Assembly: GCA_000002435.2 (NCBI GenBank)
Contig: CM018790.1
Reading direction: 5' to 3' (one strand)
DNA length: 64,000 bases
Source of the DNA: Giardia intestinalis
Lineage: Eukaryota
Below, piece after piece: positions 38,212-49,184 of the stretch. The position numbers were made by a program, and so were the translations under genes. Position 1 is the first letter of the stretch. Every line of letters starts with the position of its first letter. The notes beneath the pieces are model-generated. The model did no database searches and had not been told where the DNA came from. It saw only the letters and a list, made by a program, of their open reading frames with translations.

Positions 38212-40689
38212 TTAATGGGTGCTTGCAACGATAGACTGCTTGTAGAGCGGTGGAACCCCGGCCTTCTTTCGGAAGACGAAAACCCAAACCAGCACACCCG
38301 CCACACCGCCGACGACGAGGACCACGCCGATGGCGATGCCAGAGATGGCCCCCGACGAGAGGGCGGACTTTTTGGAGGTGTTGTCATACTCCAGACATAT
38401 GGGCTTGACTGCGCCCTCTGGAACCACGCAGAGGCTGCACTTGGAGATCGCCTTGTGACACGCCTTGCACGTGCTCTCGGAGAAGTAGTACCCGGCCAGG
38501 CAGGTGAAGCATGCCTTCCCATGAGGACAGGTGGCGCAGCCCTTGGAGCACGCCTTGCACGCCCCCTTCTCCAGGTAGAACCCACTGTTGCAGGCGCTGC
38601 AGACCCCACTACTACACATTGCACAGTTCGTCGGGCATGTAAGGAGCGTTCCGTTGTACGTTATCCCGTACCCGGCCACGGTGCTATCACACCAGCCGTC
38701 GCTCGCCTTCGTGCAGACAGTCTTCCCGGGGAGGAGCGTGGAGGTGTAGCACCCCCCGTTGAGGCTGAAGGAGTTCGAGCTGCAAGCAACACACCTACCG
38801 GCGGCGACATTCGCGCACGCGATGCCAACCGCCCGCGAGCCGGAGGAAGTGCACGCCCCGTTGTTGGGGTACTCCGTGCTCTTGACGCAGCGCGAGCAGT
38901 AGCTGGTCCCGCCCACCGTGAGCCCGCACTCTGCACAGCTGCTGTCCTGCACGCACTGCGGGACGCACGATCCCTTGGCACCGTCGCTGTACTGCAGCCG
39001 CCTCTTGGCAGGGCAGGAGGTGCAGTCGCCGGATGCCGGTCCGCTGCACGTGGCACACTCAGAGCTGCACGGCTTGCATCCTCCCGAGCCCTCGACGTAG
39101 AACCCGTCCCTGCATGCCTTGCACTTGGATTCCGACTCGCAGACTGCGCAGTTGCCGAGCGTGCACGCCACGCACCTCGAGACGCCCCCCACGGTGGCCT
39201 TGTAGTACCCGGCGGAGCCCAGGCAGTCCTTCACGCACAGACCGTGGGGGTCGAGGCTGTGGTCATCGGCACACTTTGTGCACACGTCTCTGTTCTCGCA
39301 CGTGTCGCAGTTGGGGTCCTTGCACTTGGTCGCCACGCACTGACTGCCGGAGAGTGTGTAGCCATACTTGCACTTCTTACAGCTCGACTCGTCACATTCA
39401 GCGCAGTTCTCCACCGTGCACCCGACACACTTCCCGTCCTTCAGATAGGACCCGTCATCGCATGCGCAGCTGTGGACCGAGGATGAGGACCCCTGTATGC
39501 CCTTCTGCCCCTTGGGACAGCTGGCCAGGCAGCTTCTCTTATCCAGGCTCAGGTAGAGGTCGCGGCACTCCAGACACTGAAGACCACTGTCCTTCATCTC
39601 ACACCTTTGGCATCCCTCTATTCCCCCGTTGGCTGAGTCCCCGCAGCGCCAGCATCCGTTGTTCTTGGTGAACACATCATTGATTGAACTGTTGCATGTG
39701 GTGCAAATGTTGTTCTCCGCTGCTTGGCAAATCGTAGTTCCTATTTGTTCTCCTGAACCATGATTAGCCGAATAGCAACCCCCGTAAAACAAATAGTAAC
39801 TAGTATCGCCCTTATTCTTGCAAGCAGTGCACCTTCCGGTTTTAGTATCCTTCACACAGATGTCAGAGAACTCAGCGATTGCCACACAATTACCCTGCAA
39901 AGGAGCCTCCGACGAGTTGGTGCATTGGACACACAGAGACCGGTCAGTTATGTCTATGATATTCTTTGGCAAACAGATACTATTACCGATTGGACTATCT
40001 ATAGAAAAGCAAGCATTAGCACTCAAGATGTGTGTTGTGGGACAACTAATACAGTATCCCGTATCTACGCCACTAGTGACAATTTTACACCGATAATCGA
40101 AGGTGCACATTGTCTGTGGCAGCGAGCATGAGAAGCAGTCTGCCTCTGTTTTCCATGCATATTTTGGGGGCTTGCAGTATTGGCAATGAATTGTTCCGCT
40201 GTATCCGCCAAAACCCACGGGATCCCCACAGTGGATGCAGCGTTCAGGAGATGTGGTATTAGGGTTTGTAAAGACTATTGGGATAGATATCTTACTGCCC
40301 TTTCCACATTCCTTGCAGACTCCACCCTCTGCCCTATCACAGATACCTGCTTTCCATCCGCCGGTCAATTCATAGCAGCCACCATAAAATAAGAAATAGC
40401 CATCACCACATTTCATGCACCATCCTCCCATTGGTGATTTAGCACAACCAGCCTTACTAACCGCTTCATGTGCGGTAGAAACACACGTTCCATTGATTGG
40501 AACGTGTTCAGAGCCACACTCTACACAAAAAAACCCACCAGCTAGGTCAAATATGCAACTATTTGGAAGGCAATTTGGCATTCCATTTTCACAAGAGTAC
40601 CCAAACCCATTGCGATATAGAGGCGTCTCCTCAGAGAAGAACCCTATCGGAAGACAGGCCAATAGCAGAACTGATAAAGATCGTGACAT
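38212..40689 (-). CDS. High-cysteine membrane protein (HCMP; VSP-like ectodomain but no CRGKA tail)
   Basis: Signal peptide MSRSLSVLLLACLPIGFF. About 12% Cys with CXXC and CXC periodicity and GGCY-type motifs. Single C-terminal TM (GIAIGVVLVVGGVAGVLVWVFVF) plus a 21-aa cytoplasmic tail ...KQSIVASTH. TAA followed by AATAGTAAC. Confidence 0.8.
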   Translation of the reverse strand: MSRSLSVLLLACLPIGFFSEETPLYRNGFGYSCENGMPNCLPNSCIFDLAGGFFCVECGSEHVPINGTCVSTAHEAVSKAGCAKSPMGGWCMKCGDGYFLFYGGCYELTGGWKAGICDRAEGGVCKECGKGSKISIPIVFTNPNTTSPERCIHCGDPVGFGGYSGTIHCQYCKPPKYAWKTEADCFSCSLPQTMCTFDYRCKIVTSGVDTGYCISCPTTHILSANACFSIDSPIGNSICLPKNIIDITDRSLCVQCTNSSEAPLQGNCVAIAEFSDICVKDTKTGRCTACKNKGDTSYYLFYGGCYSANHGSGEQIGTTICQAAENNICTTCNSSINDVFTKNNGCWRCGDSANGGIEGCQRCEMKDSGLQCLECRDLYLSLDKRSCLASCPKGQKGIQGSSSSVHSCACDDGSYLKDGKCVGCTVENCAECDESSCKKCKYGYTLSGSQCVATKCKDPNCDTCENRDVCTKCADDHSLDPHGLCVKDCLGSAGYYKATVGGVSRCVACTLGNCAVCESESKCKACRDGFYVEGSGGCKPCSSECATCSGPASGDCTSCPAKRRLQYSDGAKGSCVPQCVQDSSCAECGLTVGGTSYCSRCVKSTEYPNNGACTSSGSRAVGIACANVAAGRCVACSSNSFSLNGGCYTSTLLPGKTVCTKASDGWCDSTVAGYGITYNGTLLTCPTNCAMCSSGVCSACNSGFYLEKGACKACSKGCATCPHGKACFTCLAGYYFSESTCKACHKAISKCSLCVVPEGAVKPICLEYDNTSKKSALSSGAISGIAIGVVLVVGGVAGVLVWVFVFRKKAGVPPLYKQSIVASTH

Positions 40690-41920
40690 GCAGATTATTA
40701 TTCTCTATCAGATAATTATAGAATTTACATGCAATGAAGTAAGAAAGTTGTTGGCAAACTAATTTCGAGAGCAAGGTTGCCAAACCATTCTCCCTCATTG
40801 TCTTTGAAAGAAGAGCAAGACGTGTTGCTCATAAAAAACTCACTCTACTTACACTAAGTATCAATTCACACGCCGTTTAAACCATTTTGTGGATTGACCT
40901 CCATAGCAAAGGACGCTAAATCAGTATGGTTGTACCTGTTATCAGAGGAGACCGGTGAATTTTAAAATAGATAGTAGACTTGATGTCCCCAAAGCTTCCA
41001 CAAGATCTCCAAGGCAGAGGGCTCCTCAGTGGAGACGCACCGGACGAACGCGTCTGGCACACAATGTATCTTACCAAGGGCTCTTCAGCTTCATGAACAC
41101 CATTTCGGGTCGTGAGTGGGCACCTGTGGGCAGGCTCTTAGGGAGCTGCATGGCTTCAGGTAGTTGTCCATTCTCTGGCCTGGACGAGTCACGCGCCAAG
41201 GGCCAGCACTAACACCTCTGATAAGTAGGGTGCTGTGAGGATAGCACTCCAAGGTCCGCTGGATGTCTGGGAGCACCAGCTCGCCAGAAGGCATCATTTG
41301 CCAGCACAGGCTATCCAGGTCTTCTTTCCTGGAAGGGATCGTGGCCACGGGGCTGTGTCTTTCTGCCCACCGGTGCCTCATTGTCCACAAGGCCCTCAAT
41401 GCTTGAAGCATCGAGCCCAGAAGATGTCCAGTCATCAGAGTGCTGGCCCCTGCAATGACCGTTCGAGACTCTTCAGCGCAGATCCAGTGTCGGGAGGATC
41501 TTCACTCCTTCCAGAGGCACGGCACATCCAGCGAATCGTTGTCTGAGGCCCTCCCCGCACCCACTCAACAGTCTCTGTAGAGGGGCCTGACACGTGACCC
41601 TCTGCAGGCTGTGCTGAGTGAGGGTGCTGCTATTGCGTGATGGCATGGTCCTCCTCTCTTTTACCTGTAGGTGAGACAGCCGATCACTACCAGCCTTTTA
41701 TACCCGCTGACGTGCACGGCACAGCAAGAAGATTGACTGCATGGCTACCGTACCTGCCTGTGAACCGGGCGTAGGCAGAGCAGGGTGTCGCGGTCTGGTG
41801 GTGCCCAGAAGCTATGCAGAGGCAATGGGCCTTCGGTAGAGATGGCCTCAGGTGGAAGCTCGGCCGCACAGATGCAAACAGTCGCCAGTAGAATCCACCA
41901 ATGACGCGTTTACTCCTAAG

Positions 41921-43647
41921 TCACGCCTTCCCTCTGCAAATGAACCACCAGCAGAGGAACCCGACAAGCCCTCCGACGACGACGATCACGGCGACGGAGA
42001 TCCCCGCGATGGCACCCGTGGAGAGGCCGCTCCTATTACTGCCAGAGGACACACACCTGCCACCCTCCAGACTGTACCCATCACTGCACTCCCCACACAC
42101 ACCGTCCATCACACAGCTCTTGCAGTTGGTGTCAGAGCACAGCACACACCCAGTGCCATCCCTGTTGGGCTTCTTACCACTGTCACAAGAGGTACATATA
42201 GCGGGGGCCATGCCAGCTGTTGTTAGAGCTGTCGGGGCTGTGCACTGAGAGCAGCCATCCACCCCCACGTATGCCTTCTGACCAGCCAGCTCGACCCCAA
42301 GGGGGTTCCCACAGGAGAGGACAGACTGCTTGTCCTTGGTGGGCGAGGGAGGGATGAAGTACCCGCTGCCGCCTCTGTGCAGACACCCTCGCCTGCCTTT
42401 GTGCACATATGACTACCAGGTTGAGTTGACACACTATAGCAGCCTCCCATGTACAAGAAGTATCCTGTAGTACATGATGTACATGTATGATTGTTACAGT
42501 TATTCTCCTCTTTCTTTTCATTCCCAACACATAGTCCATTAATGGGGAACTCACTGTCCTTTCCACAGTATGAACAGTAGTGATGCTCCTTCCCTGTGTT
42601 GTCGATCACTATTGCATCGCAGGCTCCAGAAGTACCACCACAAGCCGTGGGGTCTTCACAAGTCTTCTCACACGTGACCGCTCCTCCAGCCCCTACCTTC
42701 TTTTGGTAGTTCACCTTACAAGAGTCACAAGTAAACGAGCCAGAGAGGGTGCACGTTGCACAGCCGGGCACTCCATCTGTCGGATCGTCGCATGGGACGC
42801 ACTTCTTGGTCCCGTCATTCTTTAAGAAAAACCCTGGCTTGCACTTTTCACAGGTATCTATAGCGCCTCCTGGCCCGCACTTTCCGCAATCGCCAGCGCA
42901 CGCAACGCATACGGCGGGGTTACCGTTCCCGCTGTCGTAGTAGCCATCGAGGCACGTCTTGCATTCTGGCTTAGCGCCGTTCTTGCTGCAGGTCCCGCAA
43001 CCGGGGCTTCCCTTGTTATTATCTGTCTTGCTGCTATCGTTGCTACATAGTATGCATTCGGCATCTCCGTCGCTCAAGAAGTTCTCACCAGTTGCTCCGC
43101 TTTGAGTGCAGGTGCCGGCGTCTATACACGTAGTCGTCCCGTCGGCCTCTTCCTTGACTATCTTAGCTCCATTACATGCCGTGCACTTTGGGCCCCCAGT
43201 TGCCGGGTTGTACTCACACGTGGTGCAATCAGTTATTGCAGACGCCTTGCAGGTCATTGTCACAGGGTCAGCATAAGTGTTTCCAGTGCATCCATCACTA
43301 TTCACGCATGCATTATCCTTCAGGAACGTATTTCCCTTACAAGAGGTACACTGGGTCTCTGTAGTCTCACAGGTCAGACAGGACTGATCACACTTCTCAC
43401 ATGTCTGAGCGTTCTTATAGTATCCATCTCTGCAGGTATCACACGTGGCCGCTCCTGGACTACCACTTGGTGCCGTACATGTGGCGCAGTTAGCCACCCC
43501 TGTATATCCATCTGCCCCATTGACATCATGACAGAGGATGCACTCGCTACCCTTCTCTGGTGTTGCATCAGGGTTCTTGAACAGGCCGTTAGCTGTGTTA
43601 CAAGTAGTGCATACTCCTCCCTCAGCCTGTGTGCATATGTCACTCCA
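41921..43647 (-). pseudogene. VSP gene lacking its N-terminus and signal peptide, with one frameshift near 42400
   Basis: The open frame begins directly after a TAG at 43648-43650 with cysteine-rich sequence (WSDICTQAEGGVCTTC...; the track shows it from a GTG at 43497). No ATG or signal peptide. The frame is lost around 42400 and resumes in another frame (41921..42406) encoding ...GYSLEGGRCVSS...STGAIAGISVAVIVVVGGLVGFLCWWFICRGKA*. Followed by the poly(A) element. Confidence 0.7.
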
Positions 43648-43693
43648 CTATCACCTTCTATCACACACTATAGAGCATTCACTACCTAAGTCA

Positions 43694-44200
43694 CGCCTTC
43701 CCTCTGCAAATGAACTCTACAAGACCACTTGCAACAACGATCACAGCCACAGAAATACCTGTAATAGTACTAGTAGAAGCACGCTTCTGTTGACACTAAA
43801 AGACACGCACTTTTTATCATCATCTAGAACAAATCGTCGTTACACTCTGTACATGTATCGCCAAGACATGACTTGCAGTTGGGAAGATTGCAGCTAGCAG
43901 GCACATCCACACAGGTGTTCGGAGCCGATCCATCGCCATGTGGGCAGTCATCGTAGTACTCGCCCTTGTAGAGGTAGGTGCTCCCTTGCACGATTGCCAC
44001 GTCTCAACCAACGCCCTGACCCTAACCTGAGTGCAGGCCTCGAGGGACCCAACCGTCTCACATTTTTCGTGTGCACAGGTGGCCAGGTGGTTCTCGTCTG
44101 GCTGACAATCCACTGTGAGTGTGTTCAGCACGAATAGGAATACTAACAGCAAGATTGTAATGTAGATTGGATTGTGTGTGGACTGATAGCAGTGACTCGA
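43694..44200 (-). pseudogene. Decayed VSP remnant: signal-peptide-like start, frameshifted Cys-rich body, intact TM plus FICRGKA* tail
   Basis: Minus-strand translation around 43694-43800 gives ...STSTITGISVAVIVVASGLVEFICRGKA*. Further upstream, different frames give ITILLLVFLFVLNTLTVDCQ... and ...CPHGDGSAPNTCVDVPASCNLPNCKSCLGDTCTECNDDLF*. Confidence 0.6.
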
Positions 44201-44419
44201 CGGGCTCCTTCCTCTACTAAGATTTCCGTGCAGAGGATTGTCATCAGGGAGGAGCCCTAATACGTGCGATAGTAAACACACCTACCGCTGCAACCCAGTT
44301 GGTCGTCATACAACAGGGTTCTAAAGACGCTGGTACTGTGAGTAGAGCTCTTGTGCAGTGAGGGTAACGATGCTGCTGCACTACTAGTTTACTCACAATC
44401 GCTTAAAAAACTCTGACTC

Positions 44420-46453
44420 ATGACCAAGCATAAGAAGGCATCTTCGAGTAAGCCAGCCGAGAAGCTGGTCATCACAATAAGTACTAAGACCACTATAAGG
44501 CCTACAGTAGATGCGTCGCCTGAAAATCCTATCCTCGTTGACTCTGACCGAAACACAGTTCTCCCCTTTCTAAATCACCGGGCAATCCCTCCTGACGGGA
44601 AACCATACACCCAAAGACTTGCACGATCAGGATATGTTCCCCAGCAAAAGCATTTTGCGTTTCTTACGGCGGTTATTGAAAAGCGGAATGCAACGATGGC
44701 TGCGGGGATCATTTCCTCTGTAGTCATTCAGCAGGCCATCAGTTACATCCAGAAGCACATCAACGAAGCATTTCCCTTCCTTTCGTTGCAGCTGCAACCG
44801 TATGGGGGAGCCGTCAATGGAATCAGTACAGACGGCGGGGACATTGACTCTACTCTGGTTGTGGATAACTGTGACAGGGCAGAGCAGGTTGCTGCAGAGT
44901 ATTTCTGGTCCTTTTTACAGGAACAGGCCAGAGACAGGCTCCATGACAATCCGGTGGCTGAGGTAGATTTTCTAGATAGAGCGTTCACAGAAAGGTTTCC
45001 GTTCCTCAGATTTGATGCATCTAGCTACTATAGAGGGGTTACGCCTAGCAAGGACATCATGACAGAGTACTCACTATTCTGCCCGTCTCGCTGCCTTAGT
45101 GATGCAGCGTGTATTAGGGATCCGTCCCAGCCTATCAATGTCATGGATCTTTTTCCAGATGCTACGGCGCCGTCTGGAGAGATGGTCCATTTTATTCTCA
45201 AGCGTGCACGTTGGCAGGACATTATTATTCTGGGAAGATTGGCGGCCTCCTTCAACGCCTTTGAAGTCTCATCCTTCATAACCCGCAGCAGGATTCCCGT
45301 CCTGAAGATAAGCCTCAAATACTCTAAGAGATTATGCCAAGTTGTCTCTGCCGCGGAAACAAATGCTAAGATTGAACAGGGCCTTCTACCATCGTACTAT
45401 GCTGATCTCCCCATGAATCGTTCCGTGCAGTTCATCGTACCAGAAGGTGAAGAGAAGATAAACACTCATATAGATAGCGATATGATGCTACTAAATGTGG
45501 ACATCTGCCTCAATAATAGGCTAGCAATTCGTAATACGCTGCTACTAGCAGAGTACCTTAGAGCAGATCCGGTTGTATCGCCGCTGATACGGTGCGTCAA
45601 GAGTTGGGCGTCTGCAAGAGGTCTGTGCAATACCTGGCAAGGTGGACTGTCGTCCTACGGCTTTGTGCTGCTTGTGATCTTTTATCTCCAAATCCTTCAG
45701 ACTCCAATTCTACCGGTTCTCCAGCCTGGTCTTGGATGGGGACCCGTGGTCAGGGGCTGTGACACAGGCTTCCTTTCTGTAGAAGATGCATGGTGTCGGC
45801 GGTCTCTTATGACTGGCTTCTCCCAGCAAAAACCTGCACCGCGCAAGCCTACAATTTCAGAGCTTCTTTGTGGGTTCTTCCGTTTCTATGGATATCAGTT
45901 TGATAGTACCGACTCGGTTGTGTCTATCCGCTTGGGTCGGGCGCTCTCCAAACAAGAGAAAGGATGGGATGAGAATTCCAACGCTCAGCGCAGCCAGCGT
46001 CACGGAGAATGCTTCGATCATGCAGAGACTCATGAAAGCGTGAGAGCAGCAGATGTTCTCCGGGTATTTAGATACCCCCCAGAGGTCCCGGACGCAGAAG
46101 TGTCCCAGCACATATACACGAAAGATGGTCAGTTCTTTTATATGTGCATAGAAGACCCCTTTGAGACACATATCAATGTGGGTCGTCTTCTGGATCTTAA
46201 AACAACCGAGCTATTGGGGAAAGAGTTCAGACGTGGATATGCGCTGCTTCGGAAAACGGAGAAGCCGCTGGATCGTCTATTTCTTTCAAGCACCATCGAT
46301 CCCCCAGGCGGTAGCGATGTTCCTCTGAGTGATCTTTTACGGATGGCATCGAAATCTGCACTTCAACCTACACATGTCAAGATCGAGGTGGCTAAGAATA
46401 AAACCTTCGAATTTGTTGATACGGCACCTGTGCATTCTGATATACATGATTGA
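44420..46453 (+). CDS. Cid1/Gld2/Trf4-family nucleotidyltransferase (non-canonical poly(A) polymerase or terminal uridylyltransferase)
   Basis: Pol-beta NTase signature YGGAVNGISTDGGDIDSTLVV ([GS]x9-13 DhD). PAP/25A-associated domain ...VKSWASARGLCNTWQGGLSSYGFVLLVIFYLQ, which compares with IKxWAKxRGINxxxxGTLSSYALVLMVLHYLQ. Confidence 0.65.
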   Translation: MTKHKKASSSKPAEKLVITISTKTTIRPTVDASPENPILVDSDRNTVLPFLNHRAIPPDGKPYTQRLARSGYVPQQKHFAFLTAVIEKRNATMAAGIISSVVIQQAISYIQKHINEAFPFLSLQLQPYGGAVNGISTDGGDIDSTLVVDNCDRAEQVAAEYFWSFLQEQARDRLHDNPVAEVDFLDRAFTERFPFLRFDASSYYRGVTPSKDIMTEYSLFCPSRCLSDAACIRDPSQPINVMDLFPDATAPSGEMVHFILKRARWQDIIILGRLAASFNAFEVSSFITRSRIPVLKISLKYSKRLCQVVSAAETNAKIEQGLLPSYYADLPMNRSVQFIVPEGEEKINTHIDSDMMLLNVDICLNNRLAIRNTLLLAEYLRADPVVSPLIRCVKSWASARGLCNTWQGGLSSYGFVLLVIFYLQILQTPILPVLQPGLGWGPVVRGCDTGFLSVEDAWCRRSLMTGFSQQKPAPRKPTISELLCGFFRFYGYQFDSTDSVVSIRLGRALSKQEKGWDENSNAQRSQRHGECFDHAETHESVRAADVLRVFRYPPEVPDAEVSQHIYTKDGQFFYMCIEDPFETHINVGRLLDLKTTELLGKEFRRGYALLRKTEKPLDRLFLSSTIDPPGGSDVPLSDLLRMASKSALQPTHVKIEVAKNKTFEFVDTAPVHSDIHD

Positions 46454-47261
46454 TACGAAGGCTGCAACCGACCCATCATCTGTCTGCTTGATGATTCACG
46501 GGCTGTTCGGATCTGCAGCCCTTTTTCGGCAGAAGACCGGAGCAATCCGCAAACTCTGCAAAAAGCTTCTTTACACATACGTAGATGCACCGCTGCTTGC
46601 TGACTCAGACGCTGAAAAAGATAGCAAAGCGAAGGATGGCTCTGCTACCTCTTCGGCGGTATATGCGTGGTTCAGGCACACCTCGGCTGACTTGCCGGTG
46701 TCTGCGCAGCCTTCTTTGTGTAGCTCCACTGCTTGCTGGACATGTAGACCAGTTGCTGTGTATGACTTCAAGCTAGGACTCAATCATTTTAGGGCAGTGA
46801 CAGCCGAAACTAATCCGGCGTGTATTTTGTGTTTCTCGCAAGGGGCCACAGTTGCTTTAACCGCGATCTTACTGGATTTATTAGATGCATGGGAAGGAAG
46901 GAATGACGCGGCTGGACATTTGGCAAGCGTGAAGAGCATTATCCTAGCATCCCCATGGGTTCCGCATCCTTGCCAATTCAACTCATGCGATGAGCCCCAG
47001 CAGGGAAATCCGGTCACAGATGTCCTTACTCGCGTAGCACGCTCCGAAATGGGCCGTGAAGCTGATCTGCAACTACCGTTTCGAGTTCTAGTGATCTATG
47101 GTAGTGCGGACCCTGTCACTCCTCCCTCAGGAATCGCGTATCTCCGCTCTATCTGTCCGTTCTTCAGGTACGTCGAACATCCTAACGGACACCTCATACC
47201 AACGACAGAGCCCGTGCGGACGGCGCTCCGGGACGAATTCGAGAACGCAGCGGCCTTGTGA
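46446..47261 (+). CDS. FSH1/OVCA2-family serine hydrolase
   Basis: N-terminal LMIHGLFGSAALFRQKTGAIRKLCKK...YVDAP matches the FSH1 family N-terminal block. Nucleophile elbow GxSxG as CFSQGAT. ATG at 46446 overlaps the upstream gene's stop by 8 nt. An alternative ATG (MIHGLF) lies at 46488. Confidence 0.6.
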   Translation: MIDTKAATDPSSVCLMIHGLFGSAALFRQKTGAIRKLCKKLLYTYVDAPLLADSDAEKDSKAKDGSATSSAVYAWFRHTSADLPVSAQPSLCSSTACWTCRPVAVYDFKLGLNHFRAVTAETNPACILCFSQGATVALTAILLDLLDAWEGRNDAAGHLASVKSIILASPWVPHPCQFNSCDEPQQGNPVTDVLTRVARSEMGREADLQLPFRVLVIYGSADPVTPPSGIAYLRSICPFFRYVEHPNGHLIPTTEPVRTALRDEFENAAAL

Positions 47262-47285
47262 ATGACCCTTATTTACTAGTGCTGC

Positions 47286-47885
47286 CTAGAAGGGCGAGAA
47301 GCGCTTCTTGGCGGCCTCGCTGACAGGCTCGACCTTGATAACATTGAATCTGATCGTCTTCGACAGGGGGCGGCACTCACCAATGGTGACGATGTCTCCC
47401 TCCTTGACGCGGAAGCACGGCGAAAGGTGTGCAGCGACGTGCTTGTGGCGACGCTCGTAGCGCTTGTATTTCTGAACAAAGTGGAGATAGTCGCGACGGA
47501 CGATGATAGAGCGCTGCATCTTCGCGGAGTGCACGACCCCGCGGAGAATGCGTCCGCGGATGGAGACGTTGCCGGTGAAGGGGCACTTCTTGTCGATGTA
47601 GGTCCCGTTGATCGCCGTTATGGGTGTGTGATAGCCCATGCCGATGGACTTGTAGAAGCGGAGGCATCGCGCGTTGTCCTTTCTAAGGAAGCGCCCCTGG
47701 AAGATCTGGGATTGCTTGTGATACGCTCGCTCGTGCTGGTTCTCAGCCATCTCGTAAGCAGCCTTGCGCAGAGTCTCGGCTCTCTCAAGGGCTCTTCTCT
47801 CGCGGTCTGGATCCGGCCTAAGCGGGTGTCTCCCGCCAACCTTCGCGCCTGCGTTGCTCTGCTGCTTGTCCTTCGTCGCTGACAT
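47286..47885 (-). CDS. RPS11: 40S ribosomal protein S11 (uS17)
   Basis: ...[90 protein letters not shown] is near-identical in pattern to eukaryotic S11. Real ATG (MSATKDKQ) at 47883-47885. TAG followed by AGTAAAT. Confidence 0.92.
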   Translation of the reverse strand: MSATKDKQQSNAGAKVGGRHPLRPDPDRERRALERAETLRKAAYEMAENQHERAYHKQSQIFQGRFLRKDNARCLRFYKSIGMGYHTPITAINGTYIDKKCPFTGNVSIRGRILRGVVHSAKMQRSIIVRRDYLHFVQKYKRYERRHKHVAAHLSPCFRVKEGDIVTIGECRPLSKTIRFNVIKVEPVSEAAKKRFSPF

Positions 47886-48005
47886 CCCAGAGGGACTTTT
47901 GGTGGGATGTAATTCCAAATTAAAATAGTTTGCTGCTTCATATGAGATGCACGTCACACGGAACGGACAGAGCCAGACAGCCAAACAGATTGATTTACAA
48001 GATAG

Positions 48006-49019
48006 CTAATATTTAATACGTTTGGAGGGGGGCTGGACGAGAGGCATTATCGCTTCATCGTGCAGAGTTGCAGACCCGGAACGTATGAAGCAATGAAGAG
48101 CCTGGCCGCACTTTTGGACGGCGCTGATGTTCTGACCAGAAACAGCTTTGAGGTCGTCTAGAAACTTTAGAAGCTTTGTTTTAAGAGATGCATTCTTCAC
48201 ATTCACGCAAGCAGCTAGATAGATGGCCGCGCATGCTTGCACGGAAGGTGAGAATTGCAGGAAAACTGGATTACTCAGTATTAGATGAAGGTAGTTCATA
48301 ACGTCTTTGCAAAATCGAGGGAACGAGTCCATGGGGCCAGGGCTACCTCCCCACGGATCTGGCCGCAAGTAGTTGAAATCTGAGTTCGGCGGGGAATCTT
48401 TTTCACCTTGAGGCGAGTATGGAGGGCAATGCTGATTCAACCCTATCTGAAAGCAGGTCTGCATCAACATCATTAAACAGTCTTCAGCAAAGGTTAGTGA
48501 CGTAGGGACAAACACTTCCCATTCTAGCGCCCGAAGGATTTTTGCCTCTAGGTCTATGAGAAGATTGGAGCTAACTTTGCACATCTGTATGAAAAGGGGG
48601 ATGCACGATTTTTCTCCCTCAACTTTCACTGCAATGTTGAAGCACATCATGGCAACAAATATGTACGCAGTGTTGTTGCAGCGTAAGGCTGCCGCCGAGA
48701 GCTCTCGGTCGTCTTTGATTGAATAGACCGTCGAAAAGTAGCGGTCCATGAGGGAAGTTGCTCGAACTACTGCAGAGAGAGGCAAGCGCTTACTCAGGGC
48801 AATCTCAGTAAACCACTCTATAAGGATCGTCCTGTCGTTCTCGGTGAAGGCTCCAAACTGACATTCCGTGAAATAGAAGCTGTGAGGTTTATACCGCTGC
48901 TCTCTCTCGATCATCTGCCGCAGCCAGTCAAACGTTACGTCAGTATTGTACGAATGCACGTTGCGTTCAAAGGCGAGGAACGAGGCCAAGTAGGTTTGGG
49001 AGACCGTTTCGCGAATCAT
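48006..49019 (-). CDS. Cyclin (A/B-type cyclin-box protein)
   Basis: Cyclin-box pattern DRTILIEWFTEIALSKRLPLSAVVRATSLMDRYFS, which compares with MRAILIDWLVEV..EY.L..ETL.LAV...DRFL. A second cyclin-fold half is present. ATG start. Confidence 0.55.
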   Translation of the reverse strand: MIRETVSQTYLASFLAFERNVHSYNTDVTFDWLRQMIEREQRYKPHSFYFTECQFGAFTENDRTILIEWFTEIALSKRLPLSAVVRATSLMDRYFSTVYSIKDDRELSAAALRCNNTAYIFVAMMCFNIAVKVEGEKSCIPLFIQMCKVSSNLLIDLEAKILRALEWEVFVPTSLTFAEDCLMMLMQTCFQIGLNQHCPPYSPQGEKDSPPNSDFNYLRPDPWGGSPGPMDSFPRFCKDVMNYLHLILSNPVFLQFSPSVQACAAIYLAACVNVKNASLKTKLLKFLDDLKAVSGQNISAVQKCGQALHCFIRSGSATLHDEAIMPLVQPPSKRIKY

Positions 49020-49184
49020 GTATTTTTATTCCTTTTGGCCATGAAATCTTGAAACAGGCAAACCAGATACCCAGGGAAACGGAAACATTTACTCATCTGG
49101 GTCCTGCCCAACAACTAATTACATTGCTTTGCGGAAGCAAAGCATCTCATCAGCATCCTCTCCGAAGATTAATAATTGTTATTA

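Noticed and set aside
38215-39671. Plus-strand ORFs (423 aa, 212 aa) antisense to the HCMP gene
   Set aside because: Antisense to a Cys-rich membrane protein with signal peptide and TM. Compositional artefact.
44130-44160. TACTAACAGCAAG on the plus strand, resembling a spliceosomal branch point
   Set aside because: Not followed by the Giardia fused branch/acceptor ACACACAG. It lies inside the decayed VSP remnant. Probably coincidence.
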